A DNA stretch of 64,000 bases from Octopus vulgaris (Eukaryota): positions 39,928,001 to 39,992,000 of the forward strand of contig OX597836.1 in the NCBI GenBank assembly GCA_951406725.2, in the 5' to 3' direction. The notes under the pieces were generated by a model that was not told where the DNA came from, made no database searches, and worked only from the letters and a program-made list of their open reading frames with translations. The number at the start of each line of letters is the position of its first letter. Position 1 is the stretch's first letter. Below are positions 51,845 to 64,000 of this stretch, piece after piece. Made by a program: the position numbers and the translations under genes.

Positions 51845-51931
<87 letters not shown>

Positions 51932-51951
51932 CAGATTGATAGATAGGTAGG

Positions 51952-51996
<45 letters not shown>

Positions 51997-52011
51997 TGAT
52001 AGATAGGTAGG

Positions 52012-52137
<126 letters not shown>

Positions 52138-52164
52138 TAAATATAGATATAAGTATAATATATA

Positions 52165-53368
52165 TTGGGTTGGCAGCTAAGTTCCCGCGGGGTTTTTGGG
52201 GTGGGGATTTACATTTTTAAAAGGTTTAATAAAAAATAACAACTAATTAATCAATAATGTATTCACCCTTCTTGTTTACAACTTCTTCCCAACGTTGAAC
52301 AAGATTTTCAGTACCTCGTTGGTAGAAATCTTCCGATTTCGACTCGAAAAATTGATCCAAACCAAGCTCTCAATTCTGCATCAGTATTGAACGAAACTCC
52401 GCGCATAGCATTTGAAAGAGATCGAAAGAGGTGGAAATCCGTTGGTGCCAAATCAGGAGAGTACGGCGGGTGTGACACCACTTCTCAGCCATGCGTTTGA
52501 ATGGCTTCCTTGGTCATATTGGCGATAAGAGGGCGGGCGTTGTCATGCAACAGAAGAACTCCATGCTGCCGATTATGTCTTTTGTCTTGAATAGCCCTGT
52601 TGAGTCGTTCCATCTGTTGAACATAGAGTTCCGCTTTGACCGTTTGGTACCGTTCAAGCAATTCATACGCCGATGAAGGTCTTGTTTCACGCTGCTTCAT
52701 ATTGATGTACAAGCACCATTTTTCGTCGCCAGTAACGATTCGGTAAAGAAATCGTTGCTTGTATCCATGAGCTGAGAAGTGACGAGCAAGCAAACCAGCA
52801 GAGATTGTGGCTCGTTGATTTTTGTTGTTATCACTTAAAGCATGCGGAACGCATGCTTCATACTTCTGAACCTTTCCCATCAAATGAAAATGCTTCTCTG
52901 TAGCAGTGTGGGAGCATTCCATTTTCTCTGCCAGTTCCCTTGTCGTTTGACGAGAATTTTCGTGTAAAAGTTGGTTTAATCGCTCTTCATCGAACTCAAC
53001 TGGACGGCCAGAATGAGGTGCAGCTTTGAGGTCAAAATCTCCATATTTGAACTTGGTATGCCAATCACGAGCGGTTCTTTCAGCTATGGCACCCTCTCCA
53101 TACACAGCACAAATGCCGCGAGCAGCTTTTGCGGCCTTAGAACCTTGATTAAAAGCAAAAAGGAGGTTTTCGAAAATGATCTTTTTTTTAACTTGACATT
53201 CCATTTTGATGAACTGAAAATAAACAAAAATTAACTAAATTTAACTAGAAAAAAAAGGTTCCAAAATCATTCAAAAATAGAATTCTCGGAAAAAATAGAT
53301 TCCAAAATTTAAAAACGCAATAAACTCTAAAATTTTAACAAACATTGGGAACTTAGTTGTCAACCCAG
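52165..53368 (-). mobile_element. Mariner (DD34D-type) transposon with both TIRs, internally deleted
   Basis: TIRs TTGGGTTGGCAGCTAAGTTCCC and GGGAACTTAGTTGTCAACCCAG, with TA flanks. Confidence 0.92.
52265..53204 (-). pseudogene. Mariner transposase pseudogene
   Basis: The 239-aa ORF has the HTH, SGRP, CVPHAL (WVPHEL variant), IVTGDEKW and LHDNARP motifs. A stop precedes HPPYSPDLAPTDFHLF, and part of the catalytic domain is deleted. Confidence 0.9.
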
Positions 53369-53374
53369 TATATG

Positions 53375-53443
<69 letters not shown>

Positions 53444-53447
53444 GTAT

Positions 53448-53491
<44 letters not shown>

Positions 53492-53549
53492 GTATAAACA
53501 TATATATATATATACATACATATACATATATATACATATACACACACAC

Positions 53550-53601
<52 letters not shown>

Positions 53602-53929
53602 AAACAGAAAGAAGAAAATGACTTAAGGTTTTCAGACGATGAATATTTAAGTATATATGTAGAGGTATTTATATATTGATAGATCAAACTTACACAGAGT
53701 ACAAACAATAGAGAAAATTAAAGGGAAGAAAGTAAGGGGTTACAAGTCGAACATAATTGCCTCCATATCTGCTCACCTGGATTCCAGTTATATAGCTACC
53801 CTTTACCCCGGTCCTCGTAAAGACTTCGGAGTCTAAGACTGAATGATTTGAGCGCTACAAAGTGTTTTCTCTATCGAGAATCTCTGGATCTTATCTGCTG
53901 CCTATAAATATATATATATATATATAGGA

Positions 53930-54556
53930 GTCAGTCGCCATGATAGATCGTTAGCCACTACACACATTTTTTCTCTCCTTGTTTTTTCTGTGTCCCTTTC
54001 TTAGAAGAGCGTAGGCTCGAAACGTAAAAGACTTTTTCTATTTCTGAGCGTTATACTAATACATCTGTTTGTTTTGTACACCACCTGTCTTCGTCTTTTG
54101 TTTTTTTTCGCAAACTATCCCTATATATATATATGTCAGTCGCCATGATAGATCGTTAGCCACTACACACATTTTTTTTCTCTCCTTGTTTCTCTCCTTA
54201 TTTTTTCTGTGTCCCTTTCTGTAGAAGAGCGTATGCTCGAAACGTAAAAGACTTTTTCTATTCCTGAGCGTTATACTAATACATCTGTTTGTTTTGTACA
54301 CCACCTGTCTTCGTCTTTTGTTTTTTTTTCGCAAACTATCCCTATATATATATATATGTCAGTCGCCATGATAGATCGTTAGCCACTACACACATTTTTT
54401 TCTCTCCTTGTTTTTTCTGTGTCTCTTTTTGTAGAAGAGCGTAGGCTCGAAACGTAAAAGACTTTTTTCTATTCCTGAGCGTTATACTAATACATCTGTT
54501 TGTTTTGTACACCACCTGTCTTCGTCTTTTGATTTTGTTTCGTAAAATTTCTCTCT
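53930..54556 (+). repeat. Three tandem ~200-bp units of HHR-bearing family H separated by short (TA)n
   Basis: Units start GTCAGTCGCCATGATAGATCG at 53930, 54135 and 54358. Unit 2 has CTTT-CTGTAGA-A-GAGC-GTAT-GCTC-GAAA-CGTA-AAAG; units 1 and 3 carry small core changes. Confidence 0.9.
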
Positions 54557-55258
54557 ATATGTGTGTGTCTATGCATAAGATCTTGTGGTTAGTAATAAAT
54601 ACAAATAAAACTAAAAACAAAACATATAAACAAGTAAAATGGAAATAAGTCATTCGGTTTGATAATATAACTCAGCACTAATGGCGCCGATGAAGTAGCC
54701 TGAATGTGGTTTACTTAACACCGTCTTATCACACCTTAATTATTTAAAAGGGAAAAATACAATATATAATTTAGTCGTATCTATTTTCTGTTATTATTTA
54801 GTCAAAGAAGAGACGGCAGAGGCTTTTAGCCTTTCGTTTTGTTGCTTCTCTACGACTTGGACTGGTGTAGAATGAAGCAGGCAAACGTACTTAGATCGGA
54901 AACAACGGTTCAAATGCGTACAGAAGTCTTCAGGTCTACTTATGAAACCCAGTGGCAGTGGTTGTGGTTATGATGAACGTGGTGGGGATGGTGATGATTA
55001 TGGTGGCGGTGGGTTGGGTTTATAAAATGGACGATGGATTGAGTCTAGTACATGAAAACCAGATAATTAAATCTATGAAATATTAATGACTATGTATGAA
55101 TATAAAGCCAAGATAAACTTCATAAATTCATTAAAATATCTTGGAAATTGATATTCAAGATTTAAAAAAAAACACATCTAAAACGTATAATTAAAACATC
55201 AACTTTTCCAAGAAAATGATCAATATGTACTGGCTATTTTGTCAGTTCATATTATCTT

Positions 55259-55306
<48 letters not shown>

Positions 55307-55592
55307 TATATATATACATATATATACATACATATATATATATTTATACATATATATATATATACATACATACATACTTACATATATACATGCATACATA
55401 TATATATACATACATATAGATATATATTTATACATATATATATATATAGATACATACATACATACTTACATACATACATACATAAAAACATATATATATG
55501 AATATGTACATTTATACATATGTATGAATGTACATACACACACATTAAGATATGCATATTTATAAATACAAATCTATATGAATTTATATATA

Positions 55593-55690
<98 letters not shown>

Positions 55691-55927
55691 AATATATACA
55701 TACGCATATATGTATCATTTGATTTTGATTTTGATTTTGTTTTTATTGATTTTAGCAGTTCTTTCAAGTTTATTTTGATTTATCGATGTATTGATAGAAA
55801 GACTATACTGTTTGTTTCTGGCGGAAAATGTCTTCCAGACAGATAAATTAAGACGGCAAACCGTCACTCGGGAGAAATAGATAATTTCCATCAAATGCAA
55901 TTATCCAAACCATTGCGTGCGTGTGTG

Positions 55928-55961
<34 letters not shown>

Positions 55962-56150
55962 GTATGTACGAAATTATAGGTGTTAGTGCATATATGGTTG
56001 TATAAAATGTATAAATATGTGTGTGTGTATGTATATATGGGTGTATATATGGAAATGTATGTACATAATCAATTAAAATTCTTGTTTATTGAGTTAATAT
56101 ATTTAATATAGTATTTCTTGTTAAAATCCATTTCATATTTTAAATATAGT

Positions 56151-56552
56151 AGGCGCAGGAGTGGCTGTGTGGTAAGTAGCTTGTTTACCAACCACATGGT
56201 TCCGGGTTCAGTCCCACTGCGTGGCACCTTGGGCAAATGTCTCCCACTATAGCCCCGGGCCGACCAAAGCCTTGTGAGTGGATTTGGTAGACGGAAACTG
56301 AAAGAAGCCCTTCGTATATATGTATATATATATGCTTGTGTGTGTTTGTGTGTCTGTGTTTGTCCCCCTAGCATTACTTGACAACCGATGGCGGTGTGTT
56401 TATGTCCCCGTTACTTAGCGGTTCGGCAAAAGAGAACGATAGAAAAAGTACTGGGCTTACAAAGAATAAGTCTGGGGGTCGATTTGCTCGACTAAAGGCG
56501 GTGCTCCAGCATGGCCGCAGTCAAATGACTGAAACAAGTAAAAGAGTAAGAG
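56151..56552 (+). mobile_element. Full-length SINE C
   Basis: Collinear with 43359-43771. Confidence 0.92.
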
Positions 56553-56826
56553 TATACATATAGACATACATACACATACGATATAAGTATACGTTTGTCT
56601 TGAAGTGTGTTTGTACACACACATGCACACATACACATACAGACGTATGTGCTTATATATATGAGAAATGTAAGGTATGTAATTACGTACCTGTATGCAC
56701 ATTTTATATATAGGCATAGTTTTATATGCATGTATAAATATATATTTATATATATATGTATATGTATATGTGTATTTGACTTTATGTATGTATAGATGCA
56801 TATATCTATCTATTTATCTATCTGTC

Positions 56827-56880
<54 letters not shown>

Positions 56881-56883
<3 letters not shown>

Positions 56884-57166
56884 GAGGCACATTGGCCCAG
56901 TGGTTAGAGCAGCGCGGTCGTAGGATTGCGGTTTCGATTCCTAGACCGGCCGTTGTGAGTGTTTATTGAGCGAGAACAGCTAAAGCTCCACAAGGCTCCG
57001 GCAGGGGGCGATTGCGATCCCTACTGTACTCTTTCGCCACAACTTTCTCTCACTCTTTCTTCTGTTGGCCTGCTCGCTTAGCTAGCGGTGTGGCATCATT
57101 TGAAGGCTAAAACAATGCTAAGCGCATTGTGACCAGCGATGTGTAGCAACATTTGAGAGCCTGGTA
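56881..57166 (+). mobile_element. SINE B, tail type ii, inside (TA)n
   Basis: Head and type-ii tail present; (TA)n on both sides. Confidence 0.88.
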
Positions 57167-57199
57167 GGTATACATATATATATATACATATATATATAA

Positions 57200-57281
<82 letters not shown>

Positions 57282-57718
57282 TGAACATAATATTTTTCAG
57301 ACGAGTTGATGTACAAATAAAAGGAAAATGGATTATTTAAAATCGCATATTTACTTTCATTTAGCTATTTCCACAATTTCAAGTTTCATTCAGAGTCATA
57401 TGAATTTGTTACTACTTCACCAGCTTTAATCAAGCCAAATTCACTTTACTTGATAGCAATCTGAACTACAATCCCTCGAAAATTTTAAATTCTGAAATTA
57501 AAACGAGCAGGACATATCTCCATGTTTCTCTCTAGTGAAACCGGTTCGTTCAAGAATTATCCAACTTTATTCTTTGCCGCCAAAACTAATGCCGCGTGAG
57601 CAAAGTCCTTTGAGCAGAAGGTGTCAGTGCTCTTTTTGTCCATACTTGATCATTTTCGTCCTGGTAGGCCGCGTCATTTCCCAGTTGTTACGCCTAGAGT
57701 GCAGGTATCTCTCTCTCT

Positions 57719-58385
57719 CTCTTTTACCTGTTTCAGTCAGTTGACTGTGGCCATGTTGGAGCACCGCCTTTAGTCAAGCAAATCGACCCCGGGACTTAGT
57801 CTTTGAAAGCCCAGTACTTATTCTATCGGTCTCTTTTGCCGAACCGCTAAGTGACGGGGGACGTAAACACACCAGCATCAGTTTTCAAGCAATGCTAGGG
57901 GGACAAACACAGATACACAAACACACACATACATATATATATGTACATATATACGACAGGCTTCTTTCAGTTTCCGTCTACCAAATCCACTCACAAGGCA
58001 TTGGTCGGCCCGAGGCTATAGTAGAAGACACTTGCCCGAGGTGCCACGCAGTGGGAGTGAACCCGGGACCATGTGTATGTAGTGCGCACTCGTTGAATTT
58101 ACGTTTTCACCGAATGCATCGAGCAGAGATATTGCATCATGTTTTGCCAAAGGTTTAGCGATACACAAAGGGTACGTTTTACCTTCTTTCACACATCAGA
58201 CTGCGGTCATGCTGGGGCATCGCCTTGAAGAACATTTAGTCGAATGAATCGACACCAGTACTTACGATTTTTTAAAGTCTGGTACTTATTCTATCGATCT
58301 GTTTTGCCGAACAGCTAAGCTACGTACATGCACACACATCGGTTTTCATGTAGTGGTAGGGGACAAACCCTGACTCAGACACACA
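57719..58385 (-). mobile_element. Two SINE C fragments (57719-58075, 58178-58385) with a tiny mariner-like scrap between
   Basis: Family C homology; ~58108-58170 (+) reads TECIEQRYCIMFCQRFSDTQ, resembling a mariner N-terminus. Confidence 0.75.
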
Positions 58386-58404
58386 TACATGATGATAGAT
58401 ACAT

Positions 58405-58438
<34 letters not shown>

Positions 58439-58595
58439 ACTTACGTACATATATACACGTTATAAATATAGGAATATTTATATATACATGTATATATTTG
58501 TATTTTACTTTATGCATGTATATATATGCATATATCTATCTATCTATGTATCTATAAATATATATACATATATATATACATACATACATACATAC

Positions 58596-58651
<56 letters not shown>

Positions 58652-59341
58652 TTATGAAAATAAGATTTTCCAGGCGAGTTAAAGTAAAAATAAAAGGAAA
58701 AATGGAAATGGATTATTTAAAAATACATATTTATTTTATTTATATATATATATACACATATATACATATGTGTATGTATACATGGGTGTGTTCGTGTGGA
58801 TTTGTGTGTGTTTGTGTGGGTGTGTATTATAGGCGCTAAAATGCAAAACCAGCCACTGCGAACATTTGGTCGCGATTTTCACTTGAGTTACACCCTCGTT
58901 CTCATATAACATAAAGTCTGTATCGCAGCATTACCACGGGCTCCAGGTTAAACATTGTAAAAAGTGTCACAAGTGATTAAAATGAACAGAAATGTTGTGT
59001 ACTATCTTTTGTTGATTATTGATTATTAAAACCTACCTAATATAAAATACTTCAAATATCAATAATTGGTTGTCTCTTCATTTAAATTCTGCGTGTATGT
59101 ATGGCTCTGTGTGTGTGCGTGCATATATACATATATAATTACGTACGTAATAAAATGTTTGTAACACCAATATATCCCTTTCTTGGCTATGTGGTCAGAA
59201 ATGCTGTTTCCCAGCCATGACTATTTCGGTTCAGTCCAAATGCGCAAAGTCTTGGGTATGTATCTTCCATGCCGATCGAAGACGGGTGTGGATCTGCTTG
59301 ACGGAATCTGAAAGAAACCCTTTATATACATATATATATAT

Positions 59342-59520
59342 ATGATAGATCGTTAGCCACTACACACATGTTTTTCTCTCCTTGTTTTTTTCTGTACCCT
59401 TTCTGTAGAAGAGCGTTGGCTCGAAACGTCTTTTTTCTATTCCTGAGCGTTATACTAATACATTTGTTTGTTTTGTACACCACCTGTCTTTGTCTTTTGT
59501 TTTTTTCGTAAACTCTCCTT
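59342..59520 (+). mobile_element. Dispersed monomer of family H
   Basis: ATGATAGATCGTTAGCCACTACAC..CTTTCTGTAGAAGAGCGTTGGCTCGAAACGT..; (TA)n flanks. Confidence 0.88.
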
Positions 59521-59543
59521 ATATATATAGAGAGAGAGAGAGT

Positions 59544-59651
<108 letters not shown>

Positions 59652-59658
59652 TAGATAG

Positions 59659-59753
<95 letters not shown>

Positions 59754-60317
59754 TATGTGTGGTCATGCTTTTCTGATCATGTTTGTCCTCTTGAAAAACG
59801 GTGTTTTGCTTTCTCTACTTCCCCGTAACTTGGCGGTTTGCTTGTAAGAGACCGATAGAATGGCTACCAGGCTTTAAAAATAAGTACTGTTCTACTAAAC
59901 CCTTCCGTGGCTGCCCCAGCATGGCCACAGTGGCTGAAAACTTAAACATGCAAAAAACAAAGCATGTTGAACAGCTTCGATCGTAATCGGTCTGGATAAG
60001 TCATACACACTGCAAGAATAGTCCCACGAGATAATGTTCAAGCTAGTGTTGTGGAAACAGTTTTTGCAGCCGACGAAGCGAAGCGACACAGAAATGCTTG
60101 CGTCCTATAATCTAATGACGTCATCCACAGCCAAAAACAAAATGCATATTTACATGACTTGTAGTTTGAAAAGTTTTCTCCTGGGACAATCCTTACAGTT
60201 TTTAGGTCTTATTTCGTTTGATAACAATCGAACGTGTTAAACATGACTTCACACGATACGATTTCATTCAAAACTTCAATATGTGTGACACACAAATACA
60301 CATATATACACACACAG

Positions 60318-60378
<61 letters not shown>

Positions 60379-60404
60379 AATACATATATACACACACATA
60401 TATA

Positions 60405-60450
<46 letters not shown>

Positions 60451-60587
60451 TTTATATATACATATATACACACACACACACATATATATATACATACATA
60501 TATATACACCCACCCACACACACACACATATATATATATATACATACATATATATACACACAAATATATATATATTTATATATACAC

Positions 60588-60627
<40 letters not shown>

Positions 60628-60962
60628 ACACATGTATACACACGTACGTACACACAAATACGTTGATTAAGTAGTTAATGTTTATTTTTATTTATATTTG
60701 TCATATTTTTTTCTTTGTTCCTTCTTTTTTCCTGTTACCATATATTCCCCATTTTGTAATTTTATCTCTTGGTAGGGAATCTATTTCCTCTCATTCAATT
60801 CCCGGGTACTTTTCTTGGGTCACCCTATGTAACTTCAGCATTAGCTGTATTGCAAGCAAATACTGGACGCCCGTGATTTAAAGCAGCTTTTAACTATTAA
60901 TAGTTTTTCATTATTTCACGTAAGGTATTAATTGATAAGTGTTAATGTTAAATATGTGTTAA

Positions 60963-61289
60963 GGCGGCGAGCTGGCAGAAACGTTAGCACGCCGGGCGAA
61001 ATGCTTAGTGGTATTTCGTCTGCCGTTACGTTCTTAGTTCAAATTCCGCCGAGGTCGACTTTGCCTTTCATCCTTTCGGGGTCGATAAATTAAGTACCAG
61101 TTACGCACTGGGGTCGATGTAATCGACTTAATACCTATGTCTGTCCTTGTTTGTCCCCTCTGTGTTTAGCCCCTTGTGGGTAATAAAGAAATAGGTATTT
61201 CGTCTGCCTCTACGTTCTGAGTTCAAATTCTGTCGAGGTCGACTTTGCCTTTCATCCTTTCGGGGTCGATAAATTAAGTACCAGTTACG
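60963..61289 (+). mobile_element. SINE A with partial tandem re-entry after the tail
   Basis: Full copy, then AAGAAATA|GGTATTTCGTCTG restarts the internal sequence at ~61194. Confidence 0.9.
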
Positions 61290-61299
61290 TGTGTATGTG

Positions 61300-61618
61300 A
61301 AGGTGAAAGCGTGTGACTTAAAGGTTAGGGTAGTCAGCTCACGATTGTATCGTCGTGGGTTCGATACCTGGTTGTGCATTGCGTCCTTGAGCAAGTCATT
61401 TATTGCACGTTGCCACTGACGACTCAGCTGGCAGAAATAAGTTGTACCTGTATTTCAAAGGGGCCAACTTTTTCACATTGGGTGTCATGCTGAATTCTGC
61501 CGAGAACTACGTTAAGAATACGCGTGTCTGTGGAGTACTCAGCCAATTTCAAGAGCAGGCTGTTCCGTTGATCGGATCAACTGGAACACTCGTCGTCGCA
61601 ACCGACGGAGTGCCAGTT
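61300..61618 (+). mobile_element. Chimeric SINE: family-D-like head and core with SINE B type-i tail
   Basis: GTGAAAGCGTGTGACTT..GGTTCGATACC..GTCCTTGAGCAAG..CTCAGCTGGCAGAAAT joined to TTGTACCTGTATTTCAAAGGG..CCGACGGAGTGCC. Confidence 0.7.
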
Positions 61619-62391
61619 AAAATGAGAGAGCGACACAGAGAGAGAGAGAGAAAGAGAGGGGGGACATATTTACATTAACTATTTATTTGGTCCAGGGGCA
61701 TAGACACACAATAAGAGAAAAAGAAACAGAAGAAGAAAAAAGAAGAAGAAGCCTTGTCAGTGGATTTGGTAGACGGAAACTAAAAGAAGCCCGTCGTATA
61801 TATGTATATATATGTATGTGCGTGTATGTTTGTGTGTCTGTGTTTGTCCCCCTAGCATTGCTTGACATTAATTATTTACATTAATTTACATTAATTTACA
61901 TTAATTAATGGCGCACTAGAGAGAAATATAAATTAAACCATTTTTGTCTCTGCTTTTAGATTGCGGCCATGCTGGGGTAGAACTTGAAGAATTTTTATTC
62001 GAATAAATCTTGTTTGTGTTTTTAGGAATCACGTAACAGAAGCATCGCTGCAAGAATTACGCTGCTTTTACGGCGAGGATTTACCTTACATTTCATAGTA
62101 TGTGTGTGTGTTTGCATGTGTGTGTGTTTGCATGTGTGTGTAAGGCAGACAGAGAGACAGGGAAATACAGAGTACCAGAGAGAGGAGAGAGGAAGAGGAA
62201 GGAAGAGAGAGAGAGAGAGAGAGAGAGCATTCGTTAATGACGTCAATGCATTTAATGGGATATTTGAAAACGTCTTTCATCTTTTCATCTGTTTCATCGC
62301 CTTCTCCCCCTCCACCTCACCTCATTTTTTTCCCCACTTTCCTGCTCCCTTCTCCATTTCTCTTTTTTGCACCTACCTTGACTCCTTCTTC

Positions 62392-62427
<36 letters not shown>

Positions 62428-62796
62428 TTCTTCTTCTCCTTTTTCTTTTCCTTTTTCTTCTCCTTTATCTTCTTCTTTTTTTTCTTCTCCTTTTTCTTCT
62501 CCTTTATCTTCTTCTTCTTCTTTTTCTTCTCCTTTTTCTTCTCCTTTATCTTCTTCTTCTTCTTCTTCTTCTTCTTCTTCTCCTTTTTCTTTTCCTTTTT
62601 CTTTTCCTTTTTCTTCTCCCTTATCTTCTTCTTCTACTTCTTTCTTCTTCTTCTTCTAGATCTTCTTTTTCTTCTTCTTCTCTTATTGTGCGTCTATGCT
62701 TCTGGACCAAATAAAAGAATTCTTCCCCCTTCTTCTTTTCCTCCTCCCTCTCCTCTTCATCATCATCATCATCATCGTCATCATCGTCATCATTAT

Positions 62797-62916
62797 CAGG
62801 TGGACTTTGCCTTTTATCCTTACGGAGTCGATGAAACAAGCACCAGTTTCTCATTGAGGTCGATGAAATCAACTTACCCCTCCTTCTAAATTGCTGGTCT
62901 TGTGCCTCTAGTAGAG

Positions 62917-62963
<47 letters not shown>

Positions 62964-63170
62964 GGCGGCAAGCTGGTAGAATCGTTAGCATGCCGGACGA
63001 AATGTTTAGTGGTATTTCACTCGTCGCTATATCCTGGGTTCAAATTCCGCCGAAGTCCACTTTGCCTTTCATCCATTCGGAGATCGATAAATTAAGTACC
63101 AGTAGTCGATGTAATCGACTTAAAACCTTCCTAAAACGTCAGTCCTTGAGACTATAATAGAAAGGATTAG
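62797..63170 (+). mobile_element. Two degenerate SINE A copies separated by (TAT)n
   Basis: GACTTTGCCTTT.ATCC..CGGAG.CGAT core occurs twice; the second copy has the head AAGGCGGCAAGCTGG. Confidence 0.75.
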
Positions 63171-63184
63171 CATTATTATTATCA

Positions 63185-63255
<71 letters not shown>

Positions 63256-63487
63256 TTCGTCATCATTTTCTTTCTCCTCATCCTCTTCTTGCTCGTTATC
63301 TCATTTTTGCTCTTTTCCTCGTTCCTCTTCTACCTTCTCCTCTGGTCTCTCATCCTCTCCATCCCCGTCACCTCTCCTTCCTGTTTATTCTATGCCATAT
63401 TAAACCACATGTGCATTATCAAATTGTTTCTGATTCAATACGTCGATGGCACGTGATTAATAAGCACATTTCCACCCCAACCTTCAG

Positions 63488-63519
<32 letters not shown>

Positions 63520-63678
63520 TTACTGCACCTGCACTTCACCTCAGCAAACCCAGCCTACCCCAAACGCCATCGGGTGTATAATAGACTTCATCTACAATAA
63601 TATAAACAAACATCACGTTCCTTACGTAGACCCACTCACACACGTATGCACCCATACGTATACACACACACACGTATG

Positions 63679-63859
<181 letters not shown>

Positions 63860-64000
63860 ACGCATTGAGTCGAAACAGGGGCCGCTGAAGAAGGGGAGTG
63901 TTCCTTGTGCTGTTTCTCTTGTACTCTGTTTTTTCGTTGTTAAAAAAAGTCCGTTTCCTTGTTTGGTTTTATGTTTTCGTTTCTCGTTGTGTTCTACGTT

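Noticed and set aside
52485-53204. Functional transposase or SETMAR-like host gene
   Set aside because: It has a premature stop before the third catalytic Asp region and an internal deletion, lacks a SET domain, and is bounded by TIRs.
54835-54887. Possible pre-miRNA hairpin
   Set aside because: It is short, has several bulges and G.U pairs, and matches no mature miRNA I recognise.
62104-62889. 261-aa Phe-rich ORF (similarly 35240-36055 and 9645-10145)
   Set aside because: These are low-complexity TTC, CT and GA tracts.

Overview
AT-rich, microsatellite-saturated eukaryotic DNA with no recognisable host protein-coding gene, so probably intronic or intergenic. Most ORFs in the supplied track are artefacts of (TA)n, (CA)n, (GATA)n, (TATG)n and (AAT)n runs. 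The repeat repertoire looks like an octopus (coleoid cephalopod) genome; this is my inference from the SINE families and is not verified. The window holds four tRNA-headed SINE families (my labels A-D), decayed Tc1/mariner transposons, a TTAGGG-carrying MITE with 8-bp TSDs, and LINE relics (RTE-like, CR1-group, L1/Tx1, R4/Dong, and a Penelope-type RT motif). The most notable signal is a set of short non-coding elements with type I hammerhead-ribozyme (HHR) folds. These include a near-canonical HHR at 39135-39185, a ~200-bp HHR-bearing unit in a three-copy retrozyme-like array (53930-54556) with dispersed relatives, and a tRNA-headed SINE-like element with an HHR and a 5'-inverted partial copy (30536-30945). 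Several (TA)n-embedded fold-back elements with Penelope-like geometry also occur. Together these suggest non-autonomous ribozyme-carrying retroelements mobilised by Penelope-like elements (PLEs); this is a hypothesis. Coordinates were read by eye and may be off by a few bases.
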